A DNA stretch of 64,000 nt, taken from assembly GCA_965230935.1 (NCBI GenBank), contig OZ246400.1, forward strand, positions 438,359 through 502,358, given 5' to 3'. Below the pieces are notes generated by a model. That model was not told where the DNA came from, did no database searches, and worked only from the letters and a program-made list of their open reading frames with translations. Within the stretch, counting starts at the first letter, position 1. The number at the start of each line of letters is the position of its first letter. The position numbers were made by a program, and so were the translations under genes. Source of the stretch: an uncultured Gammaproteobacteria bacterium (GTDB lineage: Bacteria; Patescibacteriota; Patescibacteriia; Magasanikbacterales; JBBTQS01). Shown here piece by piece: positions 39,260 through 49,206 of this stretch.

Positions 39260-39790
39260 TCAAGACTCCGAACCAAATATCATTTTGTACCCTTGAATAT
39301 ACATAAAACTTAACTGACCCAATAATTCCTGTTGCTTCATTGGCACATGAGAATATTGGCGCTCGTACTCCTCTTGCTTCGACAGAATATAACTATTTAA
39401 TTTCTCAAATGCTTCCGCTTGTTCAGGACTAACTCGATCCATGGACGCCACCTCTCGTTTTTTACTGGAAAGCAGCATTCTAATTCTCTGTGTCATTGCT
39501 ATTTGCAACATGTCTCCAGTCGTAAACTCTAAACCCCGATGAGGAGATTCATCACCAAACTGTTCAACAGGGGTATCCTCTATACGAGTTAACCCATCCT
39601 CCAACAATGCAATCAACACCGCTTCCTTGGGGACACCTCTCCTCTCATGTGCTTCTGCATCGTCTCGCACTAAAGAATTGGAACTCTCTACTAATATTTC
39701 ATTACAACATTCCCTCCTATTACCCACAAGATTCCCATGCTGACAATATCCCTCTCCCATCCCGGGCTTTCTTTCTAGTTTGTCATTCAT
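39260..39790 (-). CDS. Hypothetical cytoplasmic protein
   Basis: 176 aa, no recognisable motif; Cys pair near N-terminus (CQHGNLVGNRRECC). Confidence 0.45.
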   Translation of the reverse strand: MNDKLERKPGMGEGYCQHGNLVGNRRECCNEILVESSNSLVRDDAEAHERRGVPKEAVLIALLEDGLTRIEDTPVEQFGDESPHRGLEFTTGDMLQIAMTQRIRMLLSSKKREVASMDRVSPEQAEAFEKLNSYILSKQEEYERQYSHVPMKQQELLGQLSFMYIQGYKMIFGSES

Positions 39791-39845
39791 AAGTCATAAA
39801 GTGAACTTTGCTCTCCAATATTATAGATAGTACACCCTTTCTTCA

Positions 39846-39872
39846 GAAAAAACCACCTCTCGGTGGTTTTCT
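39846..39872. terminator. Bidirectional terminator AACCACC-TCTC-GGTGGTT flanked by A6 and T-run, ends the tRNA-Ser transcript
   Basis: perfect 7-bp stem, A-run 39846..39851, T-run 39869..39872. Confidence 0.55.
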
Positions 39873-39897
39873 TATTTATATAATCATACAAGTTTTG

Positions 39898-39983
39898 CGG
39901 AGAGGGAGGGATTCGAACCCTCGAGGGCTATTAACCCTGCCGGTTTTCAAGACCGGTGCATTCAACCGCTCTGCCACCTCTCC
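39898..39983 (-). tRNA. tRNA-Ser (anticodon TGA), long variable arm
   Basis: rc reads GGAGAGGTGGCAGAGCGGTTGAATGCACCGGTCTTGAAAACCGGC...GGTTCGAATCCCTCCCTCTCCG. Confidence 0.8.
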
Positions 39984-40006
39984 GTGTTTTTTGTTATTCA
40001 ATTGTG

Positions 40007-40097
40007 CGGAGAGGGGGGGATTCGAACCCCCGATACGGCAAAATAACCGTATAACGGATTAGCAATCCGCCGCTTTCAACCGCTCAGCCACCTCTCC
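40007..40097 (-). tRNA. tRNA-Ser (anticodon GCT), long variable arm
   Basis: rc reads GGAGAGGTGGCTGAGCGGTTGAAAGCGGCGGATTGCTAATCCGTT...GGGGGTTCGAATCCCCCCCTCTCCG. Confidence 0.8.
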
Positions 40098-40180
40098 ATT
40101 GATTCTGCAGGAAGGTGGTGCGCTCGCCTCGCGCTTTCAGCGCTTGCTCACGGTCAGCCACCTCTCCATTGATTTCAAAA
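40098..40180 (-). repeat. Direct duplication of the tRNA-Ser(GCT) 5' end plus 9 nt of upstream flank (AATCAATGGAGAGGTGGCTGA), forming a tRNA-like long hairpin in the transcript leader
   Basis: 40085..40106 vs 40155..40176 near-identical; intervening sequence pairs GGAGAGGTGG with CCACCTTCC and has inner GCGC hairpins. Confidence 0.5.
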
Positions 40181-40189
40181 TGCGTGTGT

Positions 40190-40218
40190 AGTGTATGTGA
40201 TTTTATCCTTATTGTCAA
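40190..40218 (-). promoter_or_regulatory. Sigma70-like promoter TTGACA-17-TACACT for the tRNA-Ser cluster
   Basis: rc hexamers at 40218..40213 and 40195..40190. Confidence 0.4.
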
Positions 40219-40221
40219 CAA

Positions 40222-40845
40222 TTATCCACGCGCCAGCGCCACATACCAAATCTGCTTTGTCCCAGCCCCAACAAGGGCTTGGGCGCATGCCTGGATTGTA
40301 GCTCCGGTAGTGATGACATCATCCACAAGCACAACTTTTTCTGGAGCGATCCCTCGACACACAAACGCCTCATGCACATTACCCAACCGCGCGGATCGAG
40401 AAAGTTGCGCTTGAGCTTTTGTGTGTCGAGTCCGAAACAACACATCGGTCCTTACCTCCAATTGAGTTACCTCTCCCACTGCATGTGCTACAATTTCTGC
40501 TTGATTAAAATCACGCACCACATATCGTTTTGCATGCAATGGAACCGGCACTACCGCAGGACGCAAGGCATTAATCTCTTGCGTCACCACTTCTCCCAAT
40601 GCATGACCAAGTCGACGTGCAATAGATTCAATAAACCCGAACTTAATCTCATGAATCGCCCGGCGCACTATCGGGTGTGCATGTGTAGCATACGTCAACA
40701 TACGCGCATCAACTTGCACATCTCGCACCTGTACCACACACGCATTACAAATACCACTTCCCTCTTGGTTACACCCAACACAAAAAAGTGGAAAAAGTGA
40801 ATCCAAAACTATATTCTTGAATTGTGCGATGATTCCTAAGCGCAC
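40222..40845 (-). CDS. comF: ComF family protein (ComFC-type phosphoribosyltransferase, competence)
   Basis: N-terminal CxxC...CxxC zinc finger (CVGCNQEGSGICNAC), PRTase motif VLVDDVITTGAT; start overlaps upstream gene stop by 1 nt. Confidence 0.7.
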   Translation of the reverse strand: MRLGIIAQFKNIVLDSLFPLFCVGCNQEGSGICNACVVQVRDVQVDARMLTYATHAHPIVRRAIHEIKFGFIESIARRLGHALGEVVTQEINALRPAVVPVPLHAKRYVVRDFNQAEIVAHAVGEVTQLEVRTDVLFRTRHTKAQAQLSRSARLGNVHEAFVCRGIAPEKVVLVDDVITTGATIQACAQALVGAGTKQIWYVALARG

Positions 40846-41528
40846 TACAGTACCCCTTCTTCACCCCAATCAACACGATTCACCAACCAATCATCTCCTG
40901 ATTTAAGTACACTTACCTCGGCTCGTTGATATACCGTATCACTTTGTCCGAGCGCTGTTTTTTCTTTTTGGGTAGTAACCACAATCAGTGCTGATTCAGC
41001 ATCCAAGTCCAATACCTCTGATGAAAGTGGATTTACTTTAATCGAGAGCGTCTGATCACTTGGAGTCCCACCACTCGCCACAACACCTTTTGCCCAATTG
41101 CGCATATCAACCGTCATCAGTGGATACAAGGCTTTCAAATTTGTATAATTACTATCTGCAGAATAACTTCCCATACGCTCCACAAATGATTCAGCAAACT
41201 TTCCTAAGCTAATCTGCAACTCTTCATCAGTGCTCAAATCCACAGGATCACTGGACAACGTCGGTGTAGTATTATTTTCAGCAATCTCCTCAACTAGCTC
41301 TTCAGTAGTGACGTCAGATTCCAACGTTCGTACTCCAACCTCTGCTGCTTCTATATCAGTGCTGGTATCAAACGCTGATCGATCCGGTTGCTCTGGTGTA
41401 ACCGTGACATCAGTTTCCGGTGGCGCACTCTCAGGACTTGAACTACTCAGCACACGCCATAATTGCATCCCAACCAAAATCACGACGATAAGCACTATTA
41501 CCCCAATTGCTATTTTTTTTGTTTGCAT
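40845..41528 (-). CDS. TM-anchored extracytoplasmic protein in T4SS-like operon (VirB8/TcpC-like position; unassigned)
   Basis: N-terminal TM IAIGVIVLIVVILVGM, Ser/Thr/acidic linker, globular C-domain; 227 aa. Confidence 0.35.
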   Translation of the reverse strand: MQTKKIAIGVIVLIVVILVGMQLWRVLSSSSPESAPPETDVTVTPEQPDRSAFDTSTDIEAAEVGVRTLESDVTTEELVEEIAENNTTPTLSSDPVDLSTDEELQISLGKFAESFVERMGSYSADSNYTNLKALYPLMTVDMRNWAKGVVASGGTPSDQTLSIKVNPLSSEVLDLDAESALIVVTTQKEKTALGQSDTVYQRAEVSVLKSGDDWLVNRVDWGEEGVL

Positions 41529-41540
41529 ATGTTTTTGTGA

Positions 41541-43430
41541 TTAAACTTCTCCACCTTCACCTTCTTGCGCTGCTTGGAGCTCTTTACGCGCCTCTTCAAT
41601 CTCAATCAGCTGACGTGGGTCAGTAGTAATAATTTGATCTTCAGTATACGAAGCGACGATTTTAATAGCCGCATGACGCGAACCGGCAAAAAAGATTCCT
41701 TCACCAACACCGCCCTCGAGCAACAAATACTTCTCCCCTTCAGTGAGCAAAAACGTCTTTTGCACCAAATCAATTGATGCCGGAGATTGTCGCAATAGCA
41801 ACTGGAGCTGCGAGTTCGTCACAATGGCTTGACCGTAGACCGAAGTCAAAAAGTCGTTTACATCCTGGGTAATGGTAGTCACGCCCAAGAAATACTTTCG
41901 AGCGCGCTTGGCCAGCGCGAAGATGAACTTGGCTGAATCTTCGTGTTGCATCAACCACCACGCCTCATCAATCACGAGAATACGTCGCTTTACCTCTGAT
42001 CGTACCACATTCCAAATAAAGTTAATAATGTTGTACACCGCGATTGGACGCAGTTCATCTTCCAGATCACGAACACTAAAAATCATCAATCCGTTATTAA
42101 TATCAACGGTTGTCGGTGAGTTGAGCAACCCGGAAAACGTACCGGTGGTATATTTTTCAAGTTTCGTAATCAAACTATCACTCCCTTCCATACCACTTAA
42201 GATATCGGCCAAATCTTGCATAATAGGAGGTTCAACTGTAGCAATATCTGCATCAGGAGTAATATCCTTTTTGGCATAGGTCTCAAGCAAGGCACGATCC
42301 AGCATAGAATCTTCCTCAGGAGTCAGATTCCCTAACATAATCCGCATCATGCCCTTAACCGTAATCACGGCACTACGAATAATATCTTCCATGTCAATTT
42401 GCTGCCCAACCGGACGTGGCAAATCAAACGGGTTAACTTTAGACTCCGAAGCAAGTGAGATATTAATGTACGTTCCACCAACTGCTTCTGCCAAATGCTT
42501 ATACTCCATCTCCGGATCAATAATGATCACATCAGTCCCAAGCATCAAACTCCGCAAAACCTCAAGCTTAATCGCATAACTTTTTCCAGCACCTGAAGTC
42601 GCAAATACGACTGAGTTTGCATTTTGCAATGAGAACCGATCAAACAAAATCAGACTGTTATTATGGCGGTTAATCCCGTACAAAATTCCATTCTCTGAGG
42701 TTAGCTCAGCTGAGATAAACGGAAATGATGCAGCAATTGGTGAGCTGTTCATATTAAAGGTCACCATCAACTCATCATTACCAAGTGGCAACGTTGAGTT
42801 AAATCCTTGCTCTGCTTGATAAAATACGCGCTTGGAATAAATCAACTTAGCACCAAACACATTTTCAACATCTCCGGAAATACGATCTAACTCATCCTTG
42901 CTCTTTGCATAAATCGTAATGTACAGCGCGAATTGGAAAAATTTTTCAATCCCTTGGGTGAGGGCATCACGCAATTGCTCGATATCGCGCAAAGCAGTCT
43001 CACGAATCGGATCGCGGGGCGCGCCCTTCTCAGCATCGGAGAGAATCTGCGCTTCCATAACACCGGATTGATTTTTGAGCTGTTTTAATACCACGGCAGT
43101 TTTCACCGGATAAAAGAACATGGCAATATCCAGTGTGTTGGAAAAATTAATAATCGGCGCAAACCACCCAACGGTAATATAGCGTGGATATGCCACCACA
43201 AACATGGTACGCACAAACGTATCCCCCAAGAGCACGTGCGAGGGGTTGATTTTCATGGCTGCCGGCGCAATCAAATCACGGATGTTCACCACCCCGGTAC
43301 GAAAGACCTTTTCCTCGGCCAACGTCCCCAAAGCCTCACGAGTATCTTTTGCGCGTTTTGATTCTTGTTTTTGTGCCTTGGCTTTCAGCCCTTCGGTCGC
43401 TTGTTTTTGTGAAATTGGTTTAAAGGCCAT
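41541..43430 (-). CDS. virB4: VirB4/TrbE/PrgJ-family type IV secretion ATPase
   Basis: Walker A FATSGAGKSY, DPEMEY, Walker B ILVIDEAWWL, GVTTITQ; 629 aa. Confidence 0.8.
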   Translation of the reverse strand: MAFKPISQKQATEGLKAKAQKQESKRAKDTREALGTLAEEKVFRTGVVNIRDLIAPAAMKINPSHVLLGDTFVRTMFVVAYPRYITVGWFAPIINFSNTLDIAMFFYPVKTAVVLKQLKNQSGVMEAQILSDAEKGAPRDPIRETALRDIEQLRDALTQGIEKFFQFALYITIYAKSKDELDRISGDVENVFGAKLIYSKRVFYQAEQGFNSTLPLGNDELMVTFNMNSSPIAASFPFISAELTSENGILYGINRHNNSLILFDRFSLQNANSVVFATSGAGKSYAIKLEVLRSLMLGTDVIIIDPEMEYKHLAEAVGGTYINISLASESKVNPFDLPRPVGQQIDMEDIIRSAVITVKGMMRIMLGNLTPEEDSMLDRALLETYAKKDITPDADIATVEPPIMQDLADILSGMEGSDSLITKLEKYTTGTFSGLLNSPTTVDINNGLMIFSVRDLEDELRPIAVYNIINFIWNVVRSEVKRRILVIDEAWWLMQHEDSAKFIFALAKRARKYFLGVTTITQDVNDFLTSVYGQAIVTNSQLQLLLRQSPASIDLVQKTFLLTEGEKYLLLEGGVGEGIFFAGSRHAAIKIVASYTEDQIITTDPRQLIEIEEARKELQAAQEGEGGEV

Positions 43431-43432
43431 AC

Positions 43433-44131
43433 CTATTGTTGGTCAAGTCGAATCTTACTTACCTCACCCATCTTTTCACTCATAAATACATCAGGATTGT
43501 ACACATTGTAATACAGCTCGATCAGGCTTTGGGTATCGAGGCGCGCAGTCTCCAAACTCATCCCACCCAGACCAGAGATTACTTTGCGCAATCGCATGTC
43601 GAGCTCTTCTTTTCGCTTGCGAAACTTTTCACTGCGCAACTTAAGGGTGAACGCTGGTTTTGCCGCTTCTTTGAGTCGGGTAAAGTATCCTTTACGCTTG
43701 TTGGACAACGGATCATACGGCACCACCACAAAAAATCGTTTACTCATAATCTCACCAAGATCAACCAGCTCTTTTACAAACGATCGGTAATCAGCGATTT
43801 GCATCTTGAGTAATTCATTGGGCTGCTCTTTTTCGGCTTCTGATAAACGATTCATGTACCCTTCAATGTTGAGTTTTCGTGATTGAATCACAATCTGCAA
43901 CGGAAAATCCAAACTATTTAAAAATCCAACATACGAGCTGATCAGTGCATTTTGCTCATCTTCTGATTTGAGCGAAAAGTTAACACTGGAAACCAACAAC
44001 ACCGCGCGCAGTGTTCCGTCTTTGAGTACCACAACATCATCTTTGATCTCAGCAATATCCAAAAACTTCTGCGTAGTAGTTTTAATTGTCTTCTTGGCCA
44101 ATTTTTTTGACTGCATACTATTGCTGATCAT
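43433..44131 (-). CDS. Hypothetical protein in T4SS-like operon (232 aa, soluble, Lys-rich)
   Basis: no motif recognised; tightly packed between VirB3-like and VirB4. Confidence 0.45.
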   Translation of the reverse strand: MISNSMQSKKLAKKTIKTTTQKFLDIAEIKDDVVVLKDGTLRAVLLVSSVNFSLKSEDEQNALISSYVGFLNSLDFPLQIVIQSRKLNIEGYMNRLSEAEKEQPNELLKMQIADYRSFVKELVDLGEIMSKRFFVVVPYDPLSNKRKGYFTRLKEAAKPAFTLKLRSEKFRKRKEELDMRLRKVISGLGGMSLETARLDTQSLIELYYNVYNPDVFMSEKMGEVSKIRLDQQ

Positions 44132-44573
44132 CAGGGCGATACACCCCGCCAGTGTTTACCACAAGTGATAAATCGGAAAGTCGACTCTTGCTTGCAGGCT
44201 TTTTTTCTACGATCTGCGCTCGCTGCGCCTGCAACTCTGCTTCGCGCTTTTCTTTTTTTGTTGGCTTTGGTGGTTGTATTGTATCATCTTTACCCTTCAT
44301 CCACACGCGGATTCCCGGCTTACGCATGGTTTGAAAAAAATTCAGGATAAAATAGTGAAACCGCTGACCGCGCACTTTGACAAACGCCAGGACAATGGCA
44401 AAAAAAATCAACGGAATTCCAGTGGTTAAAAACAGTGCAAAGTCAAAGAGTTTAAAAAAAATAAACTCAAACATACCAGCTACCAATAAAATCATAAACT
44501 GGCGGCCGGTGATAGGCCCGATAATCTTTGCTTCCTCATCAATAAATTGTGGAATCACAAATCGATCAGCCAT
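44118..44573 (-). CDS. Small 2-TM hairpin membrane protein, VirB3/PrgI-like by size, topology and position immediately upstream of VirB4
   Basis: FMILLVAGMFEFIFFKLFDFALFLTTGIPLIFFAIVLAFV hydrophobic hairpin; 151 aa. Confidence 0.4.
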   Translation of the reverse strand: MADRFVIPQFIDEEAKIIGPITGRQFMILLVAGMFEFIFFKLFDFALFLTTGIPLIFFAIVLAFVKVRGQRFHYFILNFFQTMRKPGIRVWMKGKDDTIQPPKPTKKEKREAELQAQRAQIVEKKPASKSRLSDLSLVVNTGGVYRPDDQQ

Positions 44574-44574
44574 A

Positions 44575-46284
44575 CTACCAACTCTCTAATACTTGGTTAC
44601 CGGCAATAATTTGAAACAACTCGTCATCATCAAGTACTTGTTTGCGCGCTTTTACCTGCTCTTTAACAAACTCGCCAATGGATTTGCGCTCTTGCAATGC
44701 CTCTACAATCATTTTCTCGTACAACTGATACGGCTCACTGCGACGCCACGCATAAATCGCTTGAATTTTATCAGGATAGGATTCTTCACCAATACGTGCG
44801 ATGGCAGACAGAATTTTTTCCATGCGAATCTCAGGCTGCGGCGAGCTGCGACGAAAATCGACCAACCGCAATTGCTCGATCTCTTGCACCGGTCCGGTGA
44901 GTGCCTGGCCGGCTGGACGCACATCAGTCATAGTCGGCTCTGGAGCTTGCGGTGCTTTTACCGGCACATCAGCTACTGCAGATGGTGGTGCCGTTTTTCC
45001 AGACACTGCGGCAACTTTTGGCGCTTGTAACCCACCGGAGATTGCGGCATTACCCCCCGGAATCTCAAAGTGTGGTGCCGTGCGCAATGTATCCTCATGT
45101 GTAGCACCGATTTCATGTTCGGGATTGAGATCTGGTTTGCGCTGTTCTGATTTCTTTTGCGTTTTCTTAGCTCTTCCTACGACTTTGGTAAATGTTGTAT
45201 CAGCAGTAGCCTGAGCTGCTTCTTTCTTTTTGGGCGCTGCCTCTTTCTTCTTTTGTACTAGAGCATCTGCTGTTTTATACTTGGCCATTGCCTCTTCAAC
45301 AATCTCTACAATTGCCATGGCAAGCTCAGCGCTCAACGCGGCTCCTCCTTGATCAGCGGCGCGCATAAGTGTCTCACTCAGGGCACGCGTATCACGTGCA
45401 CCGCCAACACGAGAGCTGATCACTGATCGAAGTGATTCAGGATCTACATCACGAATCGTATGATTAATCTCTGTGAGTATTTCATCAAGTAATTGAGTGC
45501 GTTGTGGTTGATGTGCTCCGGCGCCTGCTCCAAGCGTTTTGCGCATCGCGCGCTTTGCTTTTTTTACATCATGCGCAATTGCTTTTTCATCCTCTGACTT
45601 GCCCTTACGTCGTCGGCGTACGGTGACATTCGAGACATCAACAAGACCATCGCGCTTTGCCACACGCATACTATTGGTACCAGCAAACGCTTGTTTAATA
45701 GCAAGAGCTGCACTGTGCGCATCATCTTCTGAAAGTTGCAGCTTCTCTTGCAGTGTTTGCATAACCTGCTGTTCATTAAACGACGAGCGGCCTGCTTTGA
45801 CCACTTGTTGCGCTAATTCAATAAACGCGGCCTTGGTTCGTGGATTTTTCACTGATGGCGGGCAAAGCGATGCAATCTGTGCGGTCATCTGTGTATCGGA
45901 AAACGCTGGGATACTAAAATGCTTTCCGGTTGAGTCATACGTTTTGGTTGCTGCCTTTGCATCCCACTTGGCAACCTCTTTGTGTACCGGCCCTAAGTAA
46001 TCCCGTGCCGGGAAAAATAACCGCATACCAATTTCAGCTGCCAGTGGTGTTGTTTGCGCCACTGACTTTCCAAGCGCTTTAGCTAAGGTGCTTGGAAATT
46101 GCTTCAGTGATGTCTTACCCAAAAACACTTCAAGAACCGTGAGCAGCATTGCCCGTTGTTGCTCTGTTTTATCTAGTCCATAATGCGCGAAGAGTGACTC
46201 ATTAACTTGAGTCACTTCTACGCTACGCAAATATGCTTGAACATTTTGCGGGAGCTGCTTAAGTGTAGCAAACACAATCGGCAT
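44575..46284 (-). CDS. Hypothetical 569-aa soluble protein in T4SS-like operon (Ala/Lys-rich, no P-loop)
   Basis: no TM, no Walker motif; sits between VirB6-like and VirB3-like genes. Confidence 0.45.
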   Translation of the reverse strand: MPIVFATLKQLPQNVQAYLRSVEVTQVNESLFAHYGLDKTEQQRAMLLTVLEVFLGKTSLKQFPSTLAKALGKSVAQTTPLAAEIGMRLFFPARDYLGPVHKEVAKWDAKAATKTYDSTGKHFSIPAFSDTQMTAQIASLCPPSVKNPRTKAAFIELAQQVVKAGRSSFNEQQVMQTLQEKLQLSEDDAHSAALAIKQAFAGTNSMRVAKRDGLVDVSNVTVRRRRKGKSEDEKAIAHDVKKAKRAMRKTLGAGAGAHQPQRTQLLDEILTEINHTIRDVDPESLRSVISSRVGGARDTRALSETLMRAADQGGAALSAELAMAIVEIVEEAMAKYKTADALVQKKKEAAPKKKEAAQATADTTFTKVVGRAKKTQKKSEQRKPDLNPEHEIGATHEDTLRTAPHFEIPGGNAAISGGLQAPKVAAVSGKTAPPSAVADVPVKAPQAPEPTMTDVRPAGQALTGPVQEIEQLRLVDFRRSSPQPEIRMEKILSAIARIGEESYPDKIQAIYAWRRSEPYQLYEKMIVEALQERKSIGEFVKEQVKARKQVLDDDELFQIIAGNQVLESW

Positions 46285-46301
46285 ATAGATAGGATGTACG
46301 A

Positions 46302-49154
46302 TTACTCATCAAACTGAGCAAAACTTCCAGCACTTGGCGGCTCTGATGCTTTGAACTCTGCAACCACTTCCGGCTTACTCTTTTCAATTGCGCTGAGCAC
46401 TTGTTGCATGCTTACTCCTGCTTGTCCGGCATTGCCTTTACCAATGGCCTTGACCATTGCCTTTTGCAACACCTTCAATGCTTTGACCGTTCCAACACTA
46501 TCGCTAAATCCTTGTTGTGCTGTAGGTGAGCTATTGATTGCAGACATGGCAGCATCTCCTTGTCCAGCAGCGATCAACTTACCAAGATTTTCGCCCACAC
46601 TTGCGGCATCTGGTTTTGCTCCACCGACCGCCTTTTCAAATACGTCTTGGAAATCTTTTGGATTGGTGACATGGACACTGAGTACGCCACTTTTCTCCTT
46701 GTCATCTTTCTCTTCACCCTCTTCTTTGCCACCTGATGCTGGTTTTTCAGTCTTCGGTGCCGCCTTTGGTTCGGCCTTTGGCGCACCTTTCACACCTGCT
46801 GCTTCAGTTGGTTCAGCTGCTTCTTCTGGTTTTTTCCCTGGTTTGCGACGTGATCCTACCCCACTTGTTGGACGTTTTGCTTTGCCAGTAGGTGGCGCCT
46901 CTTCAGCTGCACCCTCCTCTGGTGCAGCAGCAGCCGCATCAGCTGGTGGTGGAGTTGGTTTTGGTCGACGACGAGCTCCTGATCCTACACCACTGGTTGG
47001 TCGTTTTGCTTTGCCAGCTGGCGGCTCAGTAGGCTCAGGTGGTTCTGGACGATCATGTGAGCCGGCATCAACATCTTGGTCTTGGCCAGGACGTTGGGTT
47101 GGAGCACCACCGCCACCGGCAGCTCCTCCACCGCCTGCGGCGCCTCCTCCTGCACCACCTGCGCCAGCTGCACCACCACCGGCAGCTCCGCCTCCTCCTG
47201 CACCACCTGCACCGCCGCCAGGACCTGGTGCCGGACGACCAGCAGCACTGCCATGGAATCGGGTGTTCCATGCGTCTCTTTCTGCTCTTGAGTCATCACC
47301 TTTGTTTCGTTTCATGTACTCTTTCTCCATAGCAGCAAAGTCAACAACCTTATCGTATGTATCATCATTTACACCAGGAGCAAGTTGATTCTGATGTGCA
47401 GGAGTTGATCCAGCAGGGAACTTGCGACCTGCCTCTGTCAAAAGTTCGGTATCATCAAAGTCAGTGTAGTCTTTTTGCTTATCAGCAACCGCCCCACGAA
47501 TCTCTTTACGCGCACCATCAGTCGGATTAGTGGTTCCGCGCTCTTGTACTTGTCGCTTGTTGTATGCCTCTTTAACATCTGACTGTTTCTCATCACCACT
47601 CTTAAAGAAGAAACCTCCAACTGTACCGAAATCTTTTGCACCTTTGCGCGCAGAATAAATCTGAGACCCGTCTTTTAAGAATGGAATTTGTGCTTTTCCT
47701 GATGCCACATCTTTTGATGCAGACTTCAAAAAGTTAACCCCTTTATTAACCGTATTCCCAACAGTCTGCTGAGTAAGCTGTTTAGTATAGCCATATCCTT
47801 TATCCACTCCAGCACGCGCATATCCGGCAATCTTCGCGGCAACAGTAGCCGCAGCCCCGCTCATCCCACCGGCATATTTAATTCCTCCAATGAGCACAAC
47901 ACTACTCACAATAAAGGCAGCCATGTTATTCCAGGTCGAAATCTCAGTATTCGTAATACTTGGTGTGTCTTTAAATGCTTTCCCTTCTCCACCAAGTGCA
48001 TCAACGACCACTTTTACGGAATCAGAATTCATCAAATCAAAAGCAGCCTCATTTTGCTGAACCGAAGTTAAGGCAAGCCAGACAAAAAATACCAAGATTG
48101 GACCAACCGTAATTTGTTTCACCAAATGATCTACCCACTTACTAAAGTATTGTCTAGTTGCAGGAAGCACGGCAAACAAAAATGCCAAAGGAGATAGAAT
48201 AATCAAAATCCAAATGCCAACAATTCGAAAAACAATCACCAGCAACAAGGTAAGCGCGATCGTCAACGCAAAAGTAGAAATAATTAACGTCAAGCTCAAC
48301 CCAATCCAGTTTTGAATAAAGTCATAACTTACAAACGACGCTGCGATTTGGGTGCCAATTTCTGCAAGTGCGCTCCCTGTTGCTTCACCTTCGGCCTTTC
48401 CAACAGTGTCCTGAACGGCAATAGCCGCTTGATCGATCAATGGTTTAAGCTTGAGCCAAGAATCAATACGCAATAAGTTAACAAAGTTTCTTCCTGCACT
48501 GTCATATAAGGCACTGGAGAATGTCAACATGACCACTTGTGCAGCATCAAGAAGTAGTCCAATAATGGTTCTACTGAAGTTCACCAAAAAGATTGCCAGG
48601 ATCAATCGTGGAATCAATTGTTGATATTGATATGAAGCAATCCGAAAGACCGTTGCAAAAGCGATCACCAACAATACCACCACAAAAAACATGTTTGCTA
48701 CATCCCGGATTGTTGCCCAACCGCTATTAACAAACTCATTATCCAAAAAGTTATTGTACTGGATCATCAAGATAAACGTATTCCATGACCAAATCAGCAC
48801 CCCATTTACCAATTGACTAAACGATTGAATAATAATGTCAAAAAGCAAAAAGAACACATAGAGCATGAAACCTTCGCCAGCCAAACCAACAGCACCTGAC
48901 GCCAAACCACCGAGCAATGCTGCTCCGGTCGCCCCTAAAAACTTTCCAATCTTGGCAACTTTTACCCCTTCAGAATAGTCAGCAACATCACTGTTGAGCA
49001 CCACTGATGTATCTGTTGCGGTGTATGGCACATTGACTGCGGCTTGTGCCTGCGCCATGCCAAGCGAACCAAACAATGAAGACAAGGTAAATACAAAAAG
49101 ACACGCGCCCACAATCGCTTTTCTTAATGAAAGATGTCTATATATGCTTTGCAT
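46302..49154 (-). CDS. Polytopic membrane protein, VirB6/PrgH/TcpH-like by topology and operon position, with long Gly/Ala- and Pro-rich low-complexity region and charged C-terminal domain
   Basis: signal peptide + at least 6 TM in first 450 aa; PAPGPGGGAGGAGGGGAAGGG... stretch; 950 aa. Confidence 0.45.
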   Translation of the reverse strand: MQSIYRHLSLRKAIVGACLFVFTLSSLFGSLGMAQAQAAVNVPYTATDTSVVLNSDVADYSEGVKVAKIGKFLGATGAALLGGLASGAVGLAGEGFMLYVFFLLFDIIIQSFSQLVNGVLIWSWNTFILMIQYNNFLDNEFVNSGWATIRDVANMFFVVVLLVIAFATVFRIASYQYQQLIPRLILAIFLVNFSRTIIGLLLDAAQVVMLTFSSALYDSAGRNFVNLLRIDSWLKLKPLIDQAAIAVQDTVGKAEGEATGSALAEIGTQIAASFVSYDFIQNWIGLSLTLIISTFALTIALTLLLVIVFRIVGIWILIILSPLAFLFAVLPATRQYFSKWVDHLVKQITVGPILVFFVWLALTSVQQNEAAFDLMNSDSVKVVVDALGGEGKAFKDTPSITNTEISTWNNMAAFIVSSVVLIGGIKYAGGMSGAAATVAAKIAGYARAGVDKGYGYTKQLTQQTVGNTVNKGVNFLKSASKDVASGKAQIPFLKDGSQIYSARKGAKDFGTVGGFFFKSGDEKQSDVKEAYNKRQVQERGTTNPTDGARKEIRGAVADKQKDYTDFDDTELLTEAGRKFPAGSTPAHQNQLAPGVNDDTYDKVVDFAAMEKEYMKRNKGDDSRAERDAWNTRFHGSAAGRPAPGPGGGAGGAGGGGAAGGGAAGAGGAGGGAAGGGGAAGGGGAPTQRPGQDQDVDAGSHDRPEPPEPTEPPAGKAKRPTSGVGSGARRRPKPTPPPADAAAAAPEEGAAEEAPPTGKAKRPTSGVGSRRKPGKKPEEAAEPTEAAGVKGAPKAEPKAAPKTEKPASGGKEEGEEKDDKEKSGVLSVHVTNPKDFQDVFEKAVGGAKPDAASVGENLGKLIAAGQGDAAMSAINSSPTAQQGFSDSVGTVKALKVLQKAMVKAIGKGNAGQAGVSMQQVLSAIEKSKPEVVAEFKASEPPSAGSFAQFDE
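47040..47260. repeat. GC-rich low-complexity tandem-like repeats (GGn/GCn codons) encoding Gly/Ala/Pro tract inside VirB6-like gene
   Basis: ccaccgcc / gcaccacc / ggagc iterations; generates long spurious antisense ORF 46351..47388. Confidence 0.5.
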
Positions 49155-49206
49155 ATACTCTGCAAAGAGTATACCATTTTTTATTAACGATGCCCACGTA
49201 TTTTTG

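Noticed and set aside
39808-40414. ORFs 39808..40062 (+) and 40115..40414 (+)
   Set aside because: They run through the two tRNA-Ser genes and the repeat; no SD, no coding signal
46351-47388. 345-aa + strand ORF antisense to VirB6-like gene
   Set aside because: Artefact of the Gly/Ala/Pro-coding GC-rich repeats; translation is pure low complexity (PPPAAPPP...)
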